Assembly (NCBI GenBank): GCA_024641245.1
Contig: JAHEDK010000011.1
Coordinates: 11,015 to 75,014, forward strand
Direction of reading: 5' to 3'
DNA length: 64,000 nucleotides
From: Actinomycetes bacterium
GTDB lineage: Bacteria; Actinomycetota; Acidimicrobiia; Spongiisociales; JAHEDJ01
Shown one piece after another: positions 9,778 to 19,835 of this stretch. Within the stretch, counting starts at the first letter, position 1; each line of letters begins with the position of its first letter. A program made the translations under genes and the position numbers. The notes beneath the pieces are model-generated. The model saw only the letters and a list, made by a program, of their open reading frames with translations. It had not been told where the DNA came from and did no database searches.

Positions 9778-11502
9778 ATGGCCGGCTCCACGGGTGGTGA
9801 GATCGTCGTCAGGATGCTGGCCGCCGAAGGCGTCGACACTGTATTCGGGATCATCGACGGAACCTACTTCGGTCTCTACGCGAGCTTTCAGCAGTTCGGT
9901 ATCCGGCTCGTCTCGCCCCGGCACGAAACATCTGCGTTGCACATGGCCGGAACATATGCCCGCCTGACCGGGAGGCTCGGGGTGGCCATCGCCTCCAACG
10001 GCCCGGGGGTAGCGAATGCCCTCCCGGGAGTTGCGGTTGAGAACGGTGAAGGCAATCGCCTGCTTCTCATCACCTCGTCCCGCCGCGAGGGAATCGGGTA
10101 TCCGGATCGGGGCGGGACGTTCCAGTACTTCGATCAAGTGGCCGTCACGAAACCCATGTGCAAGTGGGCGGGGGCCGTCCCGAACCGGGACCGGATTCCG
10201 GAGTTCATGCGCCGGGCGTTCAGAACGACGTGGTCCGGTCGTCCAGGAGTTGTGCACGTCGATATCCCGGAAAGCGTGATGAACGGCAAGGAGAAGTTCG
10301 ACCAGCGTGTGATCCGTTCTTCGGTATCGTATCGCCGCGTCCACTCGATCGAACCCGACGCGGTCCACGTTGAGCAGGCGGCCCGCATGCTCACTGAAGC
10401 CCGAGCACCGCTGATCCATGCAGGGACCGGTGTGATCCACGCACGGGCCTTCGATGGACTGCGGAGCCTGGCGGAACAACTAGGTGCGCCGGTGACGACG
10501 AGCTGGGGTGGCAGGGGGGCTCTCGAGGAAACGCATCCACTGGCTATACCGATGGTGCACCTCGACCTCTACCAGAAGCTCCGCAACAACGCCGACCTTG
10601 TCCTCGTCCTCGGATCGCGCCTCGGAGAGACAGATTGGTGGGGCAAGCCGCCGTACTGGTCTGCCGATCAGCGGGTGATTCAGGTCGACATCGACGACTC
10701 GTCCATCGGTGTCAACAAGCCCGTCGACCTGGCGATCCTTGGCGACATCGGGTGGTTTCTCCAGCGGGTCGGTGAGGAGCTCGAATCCGCAATCGAGCGG
10801 CAGCCGGATATCTGGAGTGCAGACCGAGCGGCCGATCGGGCCAAACTGGACAAGCGACTCGACAAGACCGGGGAAGGCGTGAACCCCGGGGCGATCCCCC
10901 GTATCGCCCAGCAGACTCTGCCAGACGACACGGTGTGGGTTTTCGACGGAGGCAACACCACCGTCTGGTCGCATTTCTTCCATGAAACGAAGGTCCCCAA
11001 CTCGTTGGTGACGACGTTCAAATTCGGGATGCTGGGAGCCGGCGTCGCCCAGGCGCTCGGAGCCCAGATCGCCTGCCCTGACAGGGTCGTGTGTTGCCTG
11101 ATCGGCGACGGAGCAATGGGTTTTCATCCGCAAGAGCTCGAGACGGCCGTGCGCAACCGGCTTCCCGTCATCTATGTGGTGTTCGTGGATCTCCAGTGGG
11201 GCATGGTCAAGATGAATCAGCAGTTCTCCTTGAAACCGCTCAAGACGATCGTGCGGAAGTCGCTCGATGAGGACGAGACGATCAACGCCGACTTCTCCGA
11301 GATCCGGTTCGACGACCTCGCCCGTGCCATGGGAGCCCACGGCGAACGAGTGTCCAGCATCGATGAGCTCGCCCCTGCGCTCGAACGCTGCGTGGAGGCC
11401 CGGCTGCCCTCCGTCGTCCATGTCGACGTTGATCCGGTCACCCACATGTGGGCACCGGCCCTGCGGACCTTCAGAGATATGCATCAAGAACCGTCTGGCT
11501 AG
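9778..11502 (+). CDS. thiamine-pyrophosphate-dependent enzyme (acetolactate synthase large-subunit-like)
   Basis: N-terminal TPP-pyrimidine domain (GVDTVFGIIDG...), central domain, C-terminal TPP-binding GDGAMGF motif; ATG at 9778 preceded by GCAGGAGGG. Confidence 0.8.
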   Translation: MAGSTGGEIVVRMLAAEGVDTVFGIIDGTYFGLYASFQQFGIRLVSPRHETSALHMAGTYARLTGRLGVAIASNGPGVANALPGVAVENGEGNRLLLITSSRREGIGYPDRGGTFQYFDQVAVTKPMCKWAGAVPNRDRIPEFMRRAFRTTWSGRPGVVHVDIPESVMNGKEKFDQRVIRSSVSYRRVHSIEPDAVHVEQAARMLTEARAPLIHAGTGVIHARAFDGLRSLAEQLGAPVTTSWGGRGALEETHPLAIPMVHLDLYQKLRNNADLVLVLGSRLGETDWWGKPPYWSADQRVIQVDIDDSSIGVNKPVDLAILGDIGWFLQRVGEELESAIERQPDIWSADRAADRAKLDKRLDKTGEGVNPGAIPRIAQQTLPDDTVWVFDGGNTTVWSHFFHETKVPNSLVTTFKFGMLGAGVAQALGAQIACPDRVVCCLIGDGAMGFHPQELETAVRNRLPVIYVVFVDLQWGMVKMNQQFSLKPLKTIVRKSLDEDETINADFSEIRFDDLARAMGAHGERVSSIDELAPALERCVEARLPSVVHVDVDPVTHMWAPALRTFRDMHQEPSG

Positions 11503-11510
11503 GAGAAGCG

Positions 11511-12419
11511 GTGATCGACCAGGTTGAGCTGAACTTCAACGAGACGACGCTGACGCTGCTGAACATCCTGATCGGCCTCATCATGTTCGGGGTGGCGCTC
11601 GACATCCGGATGGAGGACTTCCGGCGCGTTGTGCGCGATCCACGAGGGCCGCTCATCGGGCTCGGGGCGCAGTTCCTTTTGCTCCCGGCGTTCACGTTCC
11701 TATTGACCAGGATCATCGACCCGGCGCCTTCCATTGCGCTCGGCATGATTCTCGTGGCCGCCTGCCCCGGAGGGAACTTCTCCAACTTCCTCGCCCATCA
11801 TGCCGGTGCGAACGCTGCGCTCAGCGTCAGCATGACCGCCGTGTCGACTGCCCTCGCCATCGTTATGACCCCCCTCAATCTTGCGTTCTGGGGCGGACTC
11901 AACAAAGGCACCGCCGCCATCTTGACCTCGGTCGACCTCGACCCGCTCGACCTCCTGGTTACCATCCTCCTCATCCTCGGGATCCCCCTGGCCGCCGGAA
12001 TGTGGGTGGCGGCGCGCTTTCCGGCCCGGGCGGCCAGGTTGCGGCGCCCGATGAAGGTGTTCTCGCTGGCCGCCTTCGGGCTCTTCATCGTTGGAGCTCT
12101 GGCGGCCAACTGGCAGCAGTTCATGGACCACATCGGCGCGGTGGCCATTGCTGTGTTCCTCCATAATGGATTTGCGATCCTGCTCGGCTACTGGACGGCG
12201 CGCAGCTTGAAGTCCCCGAAGTACGACGCACGGGCGATCGGTATCGAGGTCGGCATCCAGAACTCGGCACTCGGGCTCATTCTCATCTTCACGTTCTTCG
12301 ATGGCCTGGGCGGGATGGCCATCGTGGCGGCCTGGTGGGGGGTCTGGCATCTCATCTCGGGCCTCACCGTTTCGACCTGGTGGTCCAGGCGGCCGGTCCC
12401 CGTCCCGCAGGCGGCATGA
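11511..12419 (+). CDS. bile acid:sodium symporter (BASS) family transporter
   Basis: Polytopic membrane protein with BASS signatures (...LGMILVAACPGGNFSNF..., ...GIQNSALG...); GTG start after GGAGAAG. Confidence 0.75.
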   Translation: MIDQVELNFNETTLTLLNILIGLIMFGVALDIRMEDFRRVVRDPRGPLIGLGAQFLLLPAFTFLLTRIIDPAPSIALGMILVAACPGGNFSNFLAHHAGANAALSVSMTAVSTALAIVMTPLNLAFWGGLNKGTAAILTSVDLDPLDLLVTILLILGIPLAAGMWVAARFPARAARLRRPMKVFSLAAFGLFIVGALAANWQQFMDHIGAVAIAVFLHNGFAILLGYWTARSLKSPKYDARAIGIEVGIQNSALGLILIFTFFDGLGGMAIVAAWWGVWHLISGLTVSTWWSRRPVPVPQAA

Positions 12420-13360
12420 CGGGATCACGCGTTCTGGTCACCGGGGCGGCCGGGTTCATCGGCGCGCAGGTCGTCGAGCGGCTCGCCGGACTACCGGAGA
12501 TTGCGCATGTCGTGTCCGTGGACGTCCGCTCCATGAAGAGACGCGACGGTGTCTCCTGCCATGAGCTCGACGTGCGTGATCCAGCCCTCGTCGACCTGGT
12601 GGTGCAGCAGGGGGTCGATCGGATAGTGCATCTGGCCGCGGTGGTCACGCCTCGACCCGATCAGACCAGAGAATTCCTCTACTCGGTCGATGTAGAGGGA
12701 ACCGCCAATGTGCTGGCCGCCTGCTGCACCGGCGGCGTCAATCACCTGACTGTGACGTCCAGTGGCGCCGCCTACGGCTATCACCCGGACAACCCCGAGT
12801 GGATCGACGAGGACGATGCATTGCGCGGCAACACGGCGTTTGCCTATTCGGATCACAAGCGCATCGTCGAGGATATGCTGGCAATGCACCGCGCCGAACA
12901 TCCCGAACTCGGACAACTCGTGTTGCGGCCGGGGACCATCCTCGGGGCATCCGTTTCCAATCAGATCACCCGGCTCTTCGAGTGGCCGGTCGTGCTCGGG
13001 ATCGCCGGGTCGCCAACGCCATTCGTGTTCATCTGGGATACCGATGTGGCCGAGATCATTGTGCGCGGAACGCTGGGACAGCGCACCGGTATCTTCAATC
13101 TGGCCGGTTCCGGTTCTGTGCTGATGCGCGACATCGCGGACGAACTCGGCAAGCGCTACGTTCCGTTGCCCGCCACGGCGGTTAAGGCCGTCCTGGCAGT
13201 GCTGCATCGTCTGCGGCTGGCTCCGTATGGGCCAGAACAGGTCGACTTTCTCCGGTACCGTCCGGTTTTGTCCAACCGCCGGCTAATCGAGGAGTTCGGC
13301 TACACGCCGACCAAAACCTCGCTCGAGGCTTTTCGCTTCTACCTGGAGCATCGTGGCTGA
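12416..13360 (+). CDS. NAD-dependent epimerase/dehydratase family protein
   Basis: Rossmann motif VLVTGAAGFIGAQVV at the N-terminus after moving the start to an ATG that overlaps the BASS stop (ATGA). Confidence 0.75.
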   Translation: MTGSRVLVTGAAGFIGAQVVERLAGLPEIAHVVSVDVRSMKRRDGVSCHELDVRDPALVDLVVQQGVDRIVHLAAVVTPRPDQTREFLYSVDVEGTANVLAACCTGGVNHLTVTSSGAAYGYHPDNPEWIDEDDALRGNTAFAYSDHKRIVEDMLAMHRAEHPELGQLVLRPGTILGASVSNQITRLFEWPVVLGIAGSPTPFVFIWDTDVAEIIVRGTLGQRTGIFNLAGSGSVLMRDIADELGKRYVPLPATAVKAVLAVLHRLRLAPYGPEQVDFLRYRPVLSNRRLIEEFGYTPTKTSLEAFRFYLEHRG

Positions 13361-14111
13361 CTCGCCGACGGTCGTGGTAACCGGAGCGGCGGGCGGAATC
13401 GGCCGGGAGGTGTGCCGGGCGTTCGCGGCGGACGGGGGACGTGTGGTCGGTCTCGATGTCGACAGTGCCGGGCTGGCGTCGCTCGGCATGGGGATCGAAG
13501 GTTTGGCCCTGGACGTCACCGACCCCTTTGCCGTCGGGCACGTTCTCGGCGCGCTCGGACCAGTTGATGTACTCATCCATGCGGCCGGCATCACCTCCCT
13601 CGGGCCCTTCATGGACACGCCGCTCGAAGCGTTCGATCGTGTGCTCGACGTCAACGTACGCGGCGCCGTCATCGTGACGGCGGCCGCCTTGCCGGGTCTG
13701 ATCGAGCGGGGCGGGCGGATCGGCGTGCTGTCGAGTGTGGCGGGCTTCAGCCCGCTTCTATACCGGACGGCGTATGCCGCCTCAAAGCACGCGCTGCACG
13801 GGTTCTTCGAGAGCCTGAGGGTAGAATTGGCCGATTCCGGCGTATCCGTCACGATGATTTGCCCGTCTTTCGTTGACACTGGAATCGAAGTGCGCGCCGC
13901 ACACCGGGCCGCCGGCGAAACCGGTTCGTGGACGACAACCGGCCAAGTCATGACACCGGAGCGCCTGGCCGGTTTGATTCGAACTGGTGTCATGGGAAGG
14001 CGCAAGCTCGTGCTCCCGTCATCAACTGCCCGGTCCGCCTACGTTCTCTCGAGGGTGGGCCCGGCACTGTTCGAGCGGATCATGCGCAGGCGCATCGAGC
14101 GGCCGACGTGA
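13353..14111 (+). CDS. SDR-family short-chain dehydrogenase/reductase
   Basis: TGAAGGIG cofactor motif, catalytic YxxxK (YAASK); 8-bp overlap with the upstream gene. Confidence 0.8.
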   Translation: MADSPTVVVTGAAGGIGREVCRAFAADGGRVVGLDVDSAGLASLGMGIEGLALDVTDPFAVGHVLGALGPVDVLIHAAGITSLGPFMDTPLEAFDRVLDVNVRGAVIVTAAALPGLIERGGRIGVLSSVAGFSPLLYRTAYAASKHALHGFFESLRVELADSGVSVTMICPSFVDTGIEVRAAHRAAGETGSWTTTGQVMTPERLAGLIRTGVMGRRKLVLPSSTARSAYVLSRVGPALFERIMRRRIERPT

Positions 14112-14249
14112 GCCTCTCCGGGTTTCCCGTCCCTGAGGGAGTTGTGAGGAGGCGTCATGCCGGAAGGGCAATCCGCCGGCATGGCTTCATCGCGGCCGCT
14201 CGACCGGCTATGGTGTCGTCTCGATGATCCAGTTGTCGTTCGTTGAAGT

Positions 14250-14277
14250 GCCGCCCCGAGGGGCGGCCTTTTTTCTG
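14250..14277 (+). terminator. rho-independent terminator (possible attenuator) upstream of pyrB
   Basis: GCCGCCC-CGAG-GGGCGGC stem-loop followed by CTTTTTTCTG, 62 nt before the pyrB start. Confidence 0.55.
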
Positions 14278-14339
14278 TCTGGAGTGCGGAGCGCGACCGC
14301 GCCGGTATCGAGCGAACGTCGTATTGAAGGAGAGCCCAC

Positions 14340-15317
14340 ATGACCACCAGGCGCACCACCGAGCACCTTCCATTCGGCGAGAAACGAGATCCTCGGTTTT
14401 TCGGCATCGACATCTTGTCGGTCTCGCAATTCGATCGGGCCGACCTCGAAACGATCTTCGAGGTCGCCGGCGAGATGCGCGGGATGGTCGAAAGGATCGG
14501 GACCTTCGATCTGCTCAAAGGGAAAGTCCTCACCAACCTCTTCTACGAGCCGTCCACCAGGACCTCGTCCTCGTTCGTGGCGGCTATCGAGCGTCTCGGA
14601 GGCAGCGTCATTCAGATCAACAACGTGACCTATTCGTCCGTCTCGAAAGGCGAGTCGCTTCCCGACACCATCAGGACGCTCGAGTCGTACTCCGATGCCA
14701 TCGTCATCCGCCATCCCGAGAAGGGGTCGGCCGCCGAGGCGGCGGCGGCGGCCAGCAAGCCGGTCATCAATGCCGGGGATGGGCCCGGTGAGCATCCGAC
14801 TCAGGCGCTTCTCGATGCCTTCACGATCAGGGAGGAAATGGGCACCCTCGACGGCCTCACGGTCACCATGCTCGGCGATCTCAAGTACGGCCGGACCGTG
14901 CACTCGCTGGCCAAACTCCTGACGCTCTACGACGTCAAGATCAACTATGTGTCGCCGGAGATCCTCAAGATGCCCGCCGCCCTCGTTGAAGAGGTCGGCG
15001 CGGCGGGGATCTCCCAAACCGAGACGGCCGACCTCGACGCCGTGCTGCCGGACACCGATGTGCTGTACGTCACCCGCATCCAGAAAGAGCGCTTCGAGAA
15101 CATCGAGGAGTACGACCAGGTCAAGGATTCGTACGTGATCACCGCCGAGACCATGAAATCAGCCAAAGAGCGGATGGCTTTGCTGCACCCGCTGCCCCGA
15201 GTGGGCGAGATCGCCATGGAGGTCGACGACGATCCGCGCGCCGCCTACTTCCGCCAGATGGAATACGGCATGTACGTCCGGATGGCACTGCTGGCGCTGG
15301 TGCTCGGCCGGGCCTAG
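14340..15317 (+). CDS. pyrB: aspartate carbamoyltransferase catalytic subunit
   Basis: [12 protein letters not shown] (STRT carbamoyl-phosphate motif), HPTQALLD, C-terminal [10 protein letters not shown]...YFRQ matching E. coli PyrB MHPLPRVDEI...YFQQ; AAGGAGAG RBS. Confidence 0.85.
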   Translation: MTTRRTTEHLPFGEKRDPRFFGIDILSVSQFDRADLETIFEVAGEMRGMVERIGTFDLLKGKVLTNLFYEPSTRTSSSFVAAIERLGGSVIQINNVTYSSVSKGESLPDTIRTLESYSDAIVIRHPEKGSAAEAAAAASKPVINAGDGPGEHPTQALLDAFTIREEMGTLDGLTVTMLGDLKYGRTVHSLAKLLTLYDVKINYVSPEILKMPAALVEEVGAAGISQTETADLDAVLPDTDVLYVTRIQKERFENIEEYDQVKDSYVITAETMKSAKERMALLHPLPRVGEIAMEVDDDPRAAYFRQMEYGMYVRMALLALVLGRA

Positions 15318-15382
15318 CCGCATCTCATCCCGTTCTTGCGTCACTTTCGGGTGCTATGCGCCGATAACTGACGCAAGAACGG

Positions 15383-16201
15383 TCAGCTTCTCCTCCGTTG
15401 TAGGCGGATGTTGAGCAGCATGATCGACACGGTGATGAAGAAGATCGCCGCTCCGAACACGTTCACCTGGGCCGGGACGCCAACGCGGGCGGCACCCCAG
15501 ATGAACAGCGGGAATGTGATCGTGTTGCCGGAGTTGAAGTTGGTGATAATGAAGTCGTCGAATGAGAGCGCGAACCCGAGCAGGAACGCAGCCATGACGC
15601 CCGGCAGGATCATCGGCAGCGTCACTTTGCGGAAAGTCGTCCACTCGTTGGCGTAGAGGTCCATGGCGGCTTCCTCGAGGTGGCGATCGAATCCGGCCAG
15701 CCGCGCTTTGACTGTGACCACGACGTAGCTGATGTTGAACATGATGTGGGCGATGACGATGGTTCCGAAGCCGCGCGTAACCCCCATGACGATGAAGAGC
15801 GCGAGCAGCGAAGATCCCATCACCACCTCAGGAGTGGCCATCGGCAGGAACAATCCCAGGTTGGTCACCGAGCGACCCCGGAAGCGATACCTGACCAGCG
15901 CCAGCGCGATGAGCGTACCGAGGAGAGTGGCAATCGCCGAAGAGATGAAGGCGATCTGCAGACTCGTAACGAGGGAATCGAAGAGCCTCGGGACCCCGAA
16001 GGCATTCTGCCAGTGGTCCAGAGTGAATCCTTGCCAGGTGAAGTTGTACCGTCCCTGGTGGTCGTTGAACGAGAACAGAATGACGATTGCGACCGGCATG
16101 AACAGATATGCCAAGGCCACGACCATGTAGACGGGCAAGATCTTGCGCTTGATCCACGCCCAGGCCGATGGCTTCCTGCGGGCCGTTGCTGCCTGAGCCA
16201 T
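15383..16201 (-). CDS. polyamine-type ABC transporter permease (PotC/PotI-like)
   Basis: 6-TM permease with the EAA-like loop ...EEAAMDLYANEWTTFRKVTLP... Confidence 0.8.
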   Translation of the reverse strand: MAQAATARRKPSAWAWIKRKILPVYMVVALAYLFMPVAIVILFSFNDHQGRYNFTWQGFTLDHWQNAFGVPRLFDSLVTSLQIAFISSAIATLLGTLIALALVRYRFRGRSVTNLGLFLPMATPEVVMGSSLLALFIVMGVTRGFGTIVIAHIMFNISYVVVTVKARLAGFDRHLEEAAMDLYANEWTTFRKVTLPMILPGVMAAFLLGFALSFDDFIITNFNSGNTITFPLFIWGAARVGVPAQVNVFGAAIFFITVSIMLLNIRLQRRRS

Positions 16202-17098
16202 CTACGCCACCAGATCCTCGGTGCCGGAAGCCCGAACGTAGGGGATGATGATCGCCAGGATCACCAGCATCAGCGAGAACGATAGGGCCGCCGCAGTCGG
16301 GTAGTCCACGATACGGAGGAACCGGTTGTCGATGATGTTGCCGACCATGAGCCGCTGCGGATTGCCCAGCAAGCTCGCATTGACGAAATCGCCCGCCGCC
16401 GGGATCAGCGTCAGCAACGTTCCCGCCACGATCCCCGGGAGAGACAGCGGCAGGGTGACCTTCCGGAAGGCGGTGATCGGCTTCGCATACAGATCATGGG
16501 CCGCTTCGATCAGAGACGGGTGGATTTTCTCCAGCGACACGTAGATCGGCAGGGTCATGAAGGCCAGGAAGTTGTAGGTGATGCCTGCTATGACTGCCGA
16601 CCCGGTGGCGAGAATCCGCCCGGTCGGGGAGATGATGTGGAGCGTCTTGAGGGTTTCGACGACGAAGCCGCTGTCGGCCAGGATGACCTTCCAGGCCAGC
16701 GTTCGAAGGAGAAACGGAGTCAGGAACGGCATCAGCACGAGCACCAACAGCAGGTTCTTGTACTTTCCTCCCCGGAATGCGATGCCGTAGGCGAGCGGAT
16801 AGGCGATGACAAGGGCCAGCGCGGTTGCCGCCCCCGCATAGAGGAACGAGCGAAGGAAGTGTGAGCCTGCCAAGGCGAAGGCGTCGGCGTAGTTCTCCCA
16901 TCGGAAGGTCTGCGTGTAGCCCGTCTGGTATGTCCCTTCCTGCAGGGAGATACCGACCAGCTGGATCATGGGGGCGATGTAGAAGATAGCCAGCCACAGA
17001 CCGCCGGGGAGCAGCAGCAAGTATGGAACGGCCTTCCGGCGGCGGGCAGCCTTGCGGGCGCCGACGTTTACCAGCGAAGCGGCTTCCTCAGTCGTCAT
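16202..17098 (-). CDS. polyamine-type ABC transporter permease (PotB/PotH-like)
   Basis: Permease with ...IEAAHDLYAKPITAFRKVTLP...; start moved to the internal ATG (MTTEEAAS...). Confidence 0.8.
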   Translation of the reverse strand: MTTEEAASLVNVGARKAARRRKAVPYLLLLPGGLWLAIFYIAPMIQLVGISLQEGTYQTGYTQTFRWENYADAFALAGSHFLRSFLYAGAATALALVIAYPLAYGIAFRGGKYKNLLLVLVLMPFLTPFLLRTLAWKVILADSGFVVETLKTLHIISPTGRILATGSAVIAGITYNFLAFMTLPIYVSLEKIHPSLIEAAHDLYAKPITAFRKVTLPLSLPGIVAGTLLTLIPAAGDFVNASLLGNPQRLMVGNIIDNRFLRIVDYPTAAALSFSLMLVILAIIIPYVRASGTEDLVA

Positions 17099-18209
17099 GG
17101 ATAACGAAACTCCGTTCGGGATGCCAGCCGAGGGAGACTTCCTCGCCCTGCGCGAAGCGATCGCCCGTGAGGTTTTGCACGACGGCGCTGAGGTCACCGG
17201 CCGTGCTGGTCCGCACCACGTAGTGGGTGCTGACCCCGATGAACGATGCGTCCATGATCCGGCCGGTGAGGACATTGGGTGGGATGTCGCCGCTTCCGGG
17301 CCGGTAGACGTTCAACTTCTCGGGCCGTACTCCGACGCGGAGTCCACTGGTTTCCGCGCCGAGCGAGTTTGGCGGCACGAAGATGGTCGTTCCGTCGGCG
17401 GTTGCGACCGATCCGGCGGCCCGGTCGACGACGGACACCGGCATCAGGTTGGAACCACCGAGGAAGTTGGCGACGAACGCGGTCCTCGGGTCCTCGTAGA
17501 TCTCGGCGGGGTCACCCATTCGCTCGATCTTTCCCTTGTTCATCACGGCGATCGTGTCGGCCATAGTCATGGCCTCTTCCTGATCATGCGTCACATGGAT
17601 GAACGTGATGCCGACCTCCTGCTGGATGCGCTTCAGTTCTATCTGCATCTCCTTGCGGAGCTTCAGATCGAGAGCGCCGAGCGGCTCATCGAGTAGCAGG
17701 ACTCGCGGATGATTGATCAGGGCGCGCGCCAGGGCAACCCGCTGCTGTTGTCCGCCGGATAGTTTGGCAGGATGCCGGTTGTCGAGGCCCGAGAGCTGTA
17801 CGAGATCCAACATCTCGGCGACCCGTCGCTCCAGTTCTCCCTTGTCGACGTTGGTCCGGCGAAGGCCGAACGCGACATTCTCGAAAACCGAAAGGTGCGG
17901 AAAGAGGGCGTAGCTCTGGAAGACGGTGTTGACGGGCCGCCGGTAGGCTTTCAGACCCGTCACATCTTCGCCGTGCAGGTTGATGCTGCCTTCGGTGGGG
18001 TCTTCGAAGCCGCCGATCATGCGAAGCGTTGTGGTCTTGCCGCACCCGGATGGTCCGAGGAGGGCGAAGAACTTGTTCTCGCCGATGGAGAGCGTCAGAT
18101 CGTCGACGGCCAGGACGTCGCCGAATCGCTTGGTGATGTTGAAGAGTTGGACGGCGGCGGGTTCGGATGGTCCGAACCCGCCTTCCGTCGTTGCGGCCGA
18201 ATCGATCAC
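17088..18209 (-). CDS. polyamine-type ABC transporter ATP-binding protein (PotA/PotG-like)
   Basis: Walker [10 protein letters not shown], signature [15 protein letters not shown], Walker [13 protein letters not shown]-terminal TOBE domain. Confidence 0.85.
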   Translation of the reverse strand: MIDSAATTEGGFGPSEPAAVQLFNITKRFGDVLAVDDLTLSIGENKFFALLGPSGCGKTTTLRMIGGFEDPTEGSINLHGEDVTGLKAYRRPVNTVFQSYALFPHLSVFENVAFGLRRTNVDKGELERRVAEMLDLVQLSGLDNRHPAKLSGGQQQRVALARALINHPRVLLLDEPLGALDLKLRKEMQIELKRIQQEVGITFIHVTHDQEEAMTMADTIAVMNKGKIERMGDPAEIYEDPRTAFVANFLGGSNLMPVSVVDRAAGSVATADGTTIFVPPNSLGAETSGLRVGVRPEKLNVYRPGSGDIPPNVLTGRIMDASFIGVSTHYVVRTSTAGDLSAVVQNLTGDRFAQGEEVSLGWHPERSFVIHDD

Positions 18210-18212
18210 TCG

Positions 18213-19487
18213 CTATCCACCTGTGACGGCGGCGAATAGCTCGTTGAGCTCGATCTCCTCTTCTTCGCTGAGGTCTCTGAAGATGTGGGTCTTGGCCAAG
18301 GTTGCCTCATCCGGGAAGATGAGCGGATCGTCGGCGATACCCGCCAGCTCTTCGTCGTCCATTTCCGTACCGAGCTGACGCAGAGCTTCCTGCGCGCCGG
18401 CGACCGGGCAGATGTAGTTGACCCAGCTCTCGATCTTGGCCGCCACGACCGGGTCGTATACGTAGTTCATGAACGCTTCGGCTTCGGCTTTGTTGGTTGC
18501 TCCCTTGGGGATCAGCATGTTGTCCGACCACAACATCAGACCCTCTTCCGGAATCAGGAACTGGAGATCGGGGTTGTCGATCTGCAGCTGGATGATGTCA
18601 CCTGACCAGGCAAAGGCGGCGGCCAGGTTGCCGGAGGCGAGCTCACCCGTGTAGTCGTTGCCGAGGAACTGGCGGATCTGTCCGTTGTCCACGTTCTCCT
18701 GGATCTTGTCCATCGCTTGTCGTGCCTCGTCCATGGTGAACGTTGCCGGATCGATGCCCATGCCGAGCATCACCAGCCCGAGAGTGTCACGCATCTCGGT
18801 CAGCAAACTGACGCTGCCGGAGATGGCCGGATCGAAGATGTCGTTGATTGATGACAACTCGCCACCGGTCAGTGCAGGGTTGTATCCGATGGCGGTGAAG
18901 CCCGATTGCCACGGCAGGGTAAAGGTCCGATCGGGGTCGAATCCCGGGCTCTTGAGCGCATCTACCAGGTTGGCTGCGTTGGGGACGTTGGCCTTGTTGA
19001 TCTCATCGACCCATCCGAGTTGGATGAAGCGGGCCGCCATCCAGTCGGTCAACACTGCGATGTCGCGGCCGATGTTCTCCCCAGCGCTCAGAGGAGCCTG
19101 ATACTTGCCGAAGAATCCGTCGTTGTCGTTGACTTCTTCGATGTACTCGAGCTCGATCCCCGTTTCCGCCATGAAATCGTCGAGCGAGGAGGTCTCGAAG
19201 TAGCTGTCGTCTCCCCCCGGATCGATGTAGAAGGGCCAGTTAGCGATGACGAGTTTCTTCGGGCCCGAGGCGGCGGTCGTTGCAGTCGCTCCGGCGCCGG
19301 CCAGGGTGGTGGCGGTTTCAGAACCCTCCACTCCGCAGGCGGCCAAGAGGGCCGGGCCACCGATCAAGAACAGGCCGGTTCCTCCTGCTTTCCTGAGGAA
19401 TTCCCGCCGGTCGATGCCTTGCCTGGATAGTTCCCTCATCAGGGCGTCTCTGTTGCCTCGTCGCTGTGATGGTCGCTTGTTAGTCAT
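18213..19487 (-). CDS. polyamine-type ABC transporter substrate-binding lipoprotein (PotD/PotF-like), Tat signal
   Basis: RREFLRKAGG twin-arginine motif plus lipobox LLAACG; PotD/PotF-family periplasmic domain; ATG preceded by GAGGAGG. Confidence 0.8.
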   Translation of the reverse strand: MTNKRPSQRRGNRDALMRELSRQGIDRREFLRKAGGTGLFLIGGPALLAACGVEGSETATTLAGAGATATTAASGPKKLVIANWPFYIDPGGDDSYFETSSLDDFMAETGIELEYIEEVNDNDGFFGKYQAPLSAGENIGRDIAVLTDWMAARFIQLGWVDEINKANVPNAANLVDALKSPGFDPDRTFTLPWQSGFTAIGYNPALTGGELSSINDIFDPAISGSVSLLTEMRDTLGLVMLGMGIDPATFTMDEARQAMDKIQENVDNGQIRQFLGNDYTGELASGNLAAAFAWSGDIIQLQIDNPDLQFLIPEEGLMLWSDNMLIPKGATNKAEAEAFMNYVYDPVVAAKIESWVNYICPVAGAQEALRQLGTEMDDEELAGIADDPLIFPDEATLAKTHIFRDLSEEEEIELNELFAAVTGG

Positions 19488-19835
19488 GTGAGCCTCCTCA
19501 ACGGATGGATCCGGCATTCCGGGATCTGCAGTCATTGCAGCTTCGCCTCCTGAACGCATGATGCCCTTCGACCGCTGCCGGGCTGAGGCTACTTGCCGGT
19601 TGGCCGTCGTGTGGCCGTGATGCGCTCTGATTTGTCGCCGTCTGTAGCCGAGCCCACCTCCCGTAGTCGGTTCTTGTCGACTGGTCACGACATTATCGGT
19701 TGCGTTTCCCTTCGATGCAAGCGAAACTGCTGCATAAGGCGCACGATTCAGTGGTTACGCATGCGGAATCGGCGTGTATCAATAGAATCGATCTGAGCGA
19801 GTCCCCACAGGATCACCAGGAGTAGTTGGTCGACG

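Noticed and set aside
9255-9854. Full-length 199-aa version of the STAS-like ORF, and the opposing 9267..9581/9286..9576 plus ORFs
   Set aside because: The N-terminal 72 aa of the long version are Pro/Ser/Thr low complexity, so the internal ATG was preferred. The opposing ORFs lack features and are antisense.
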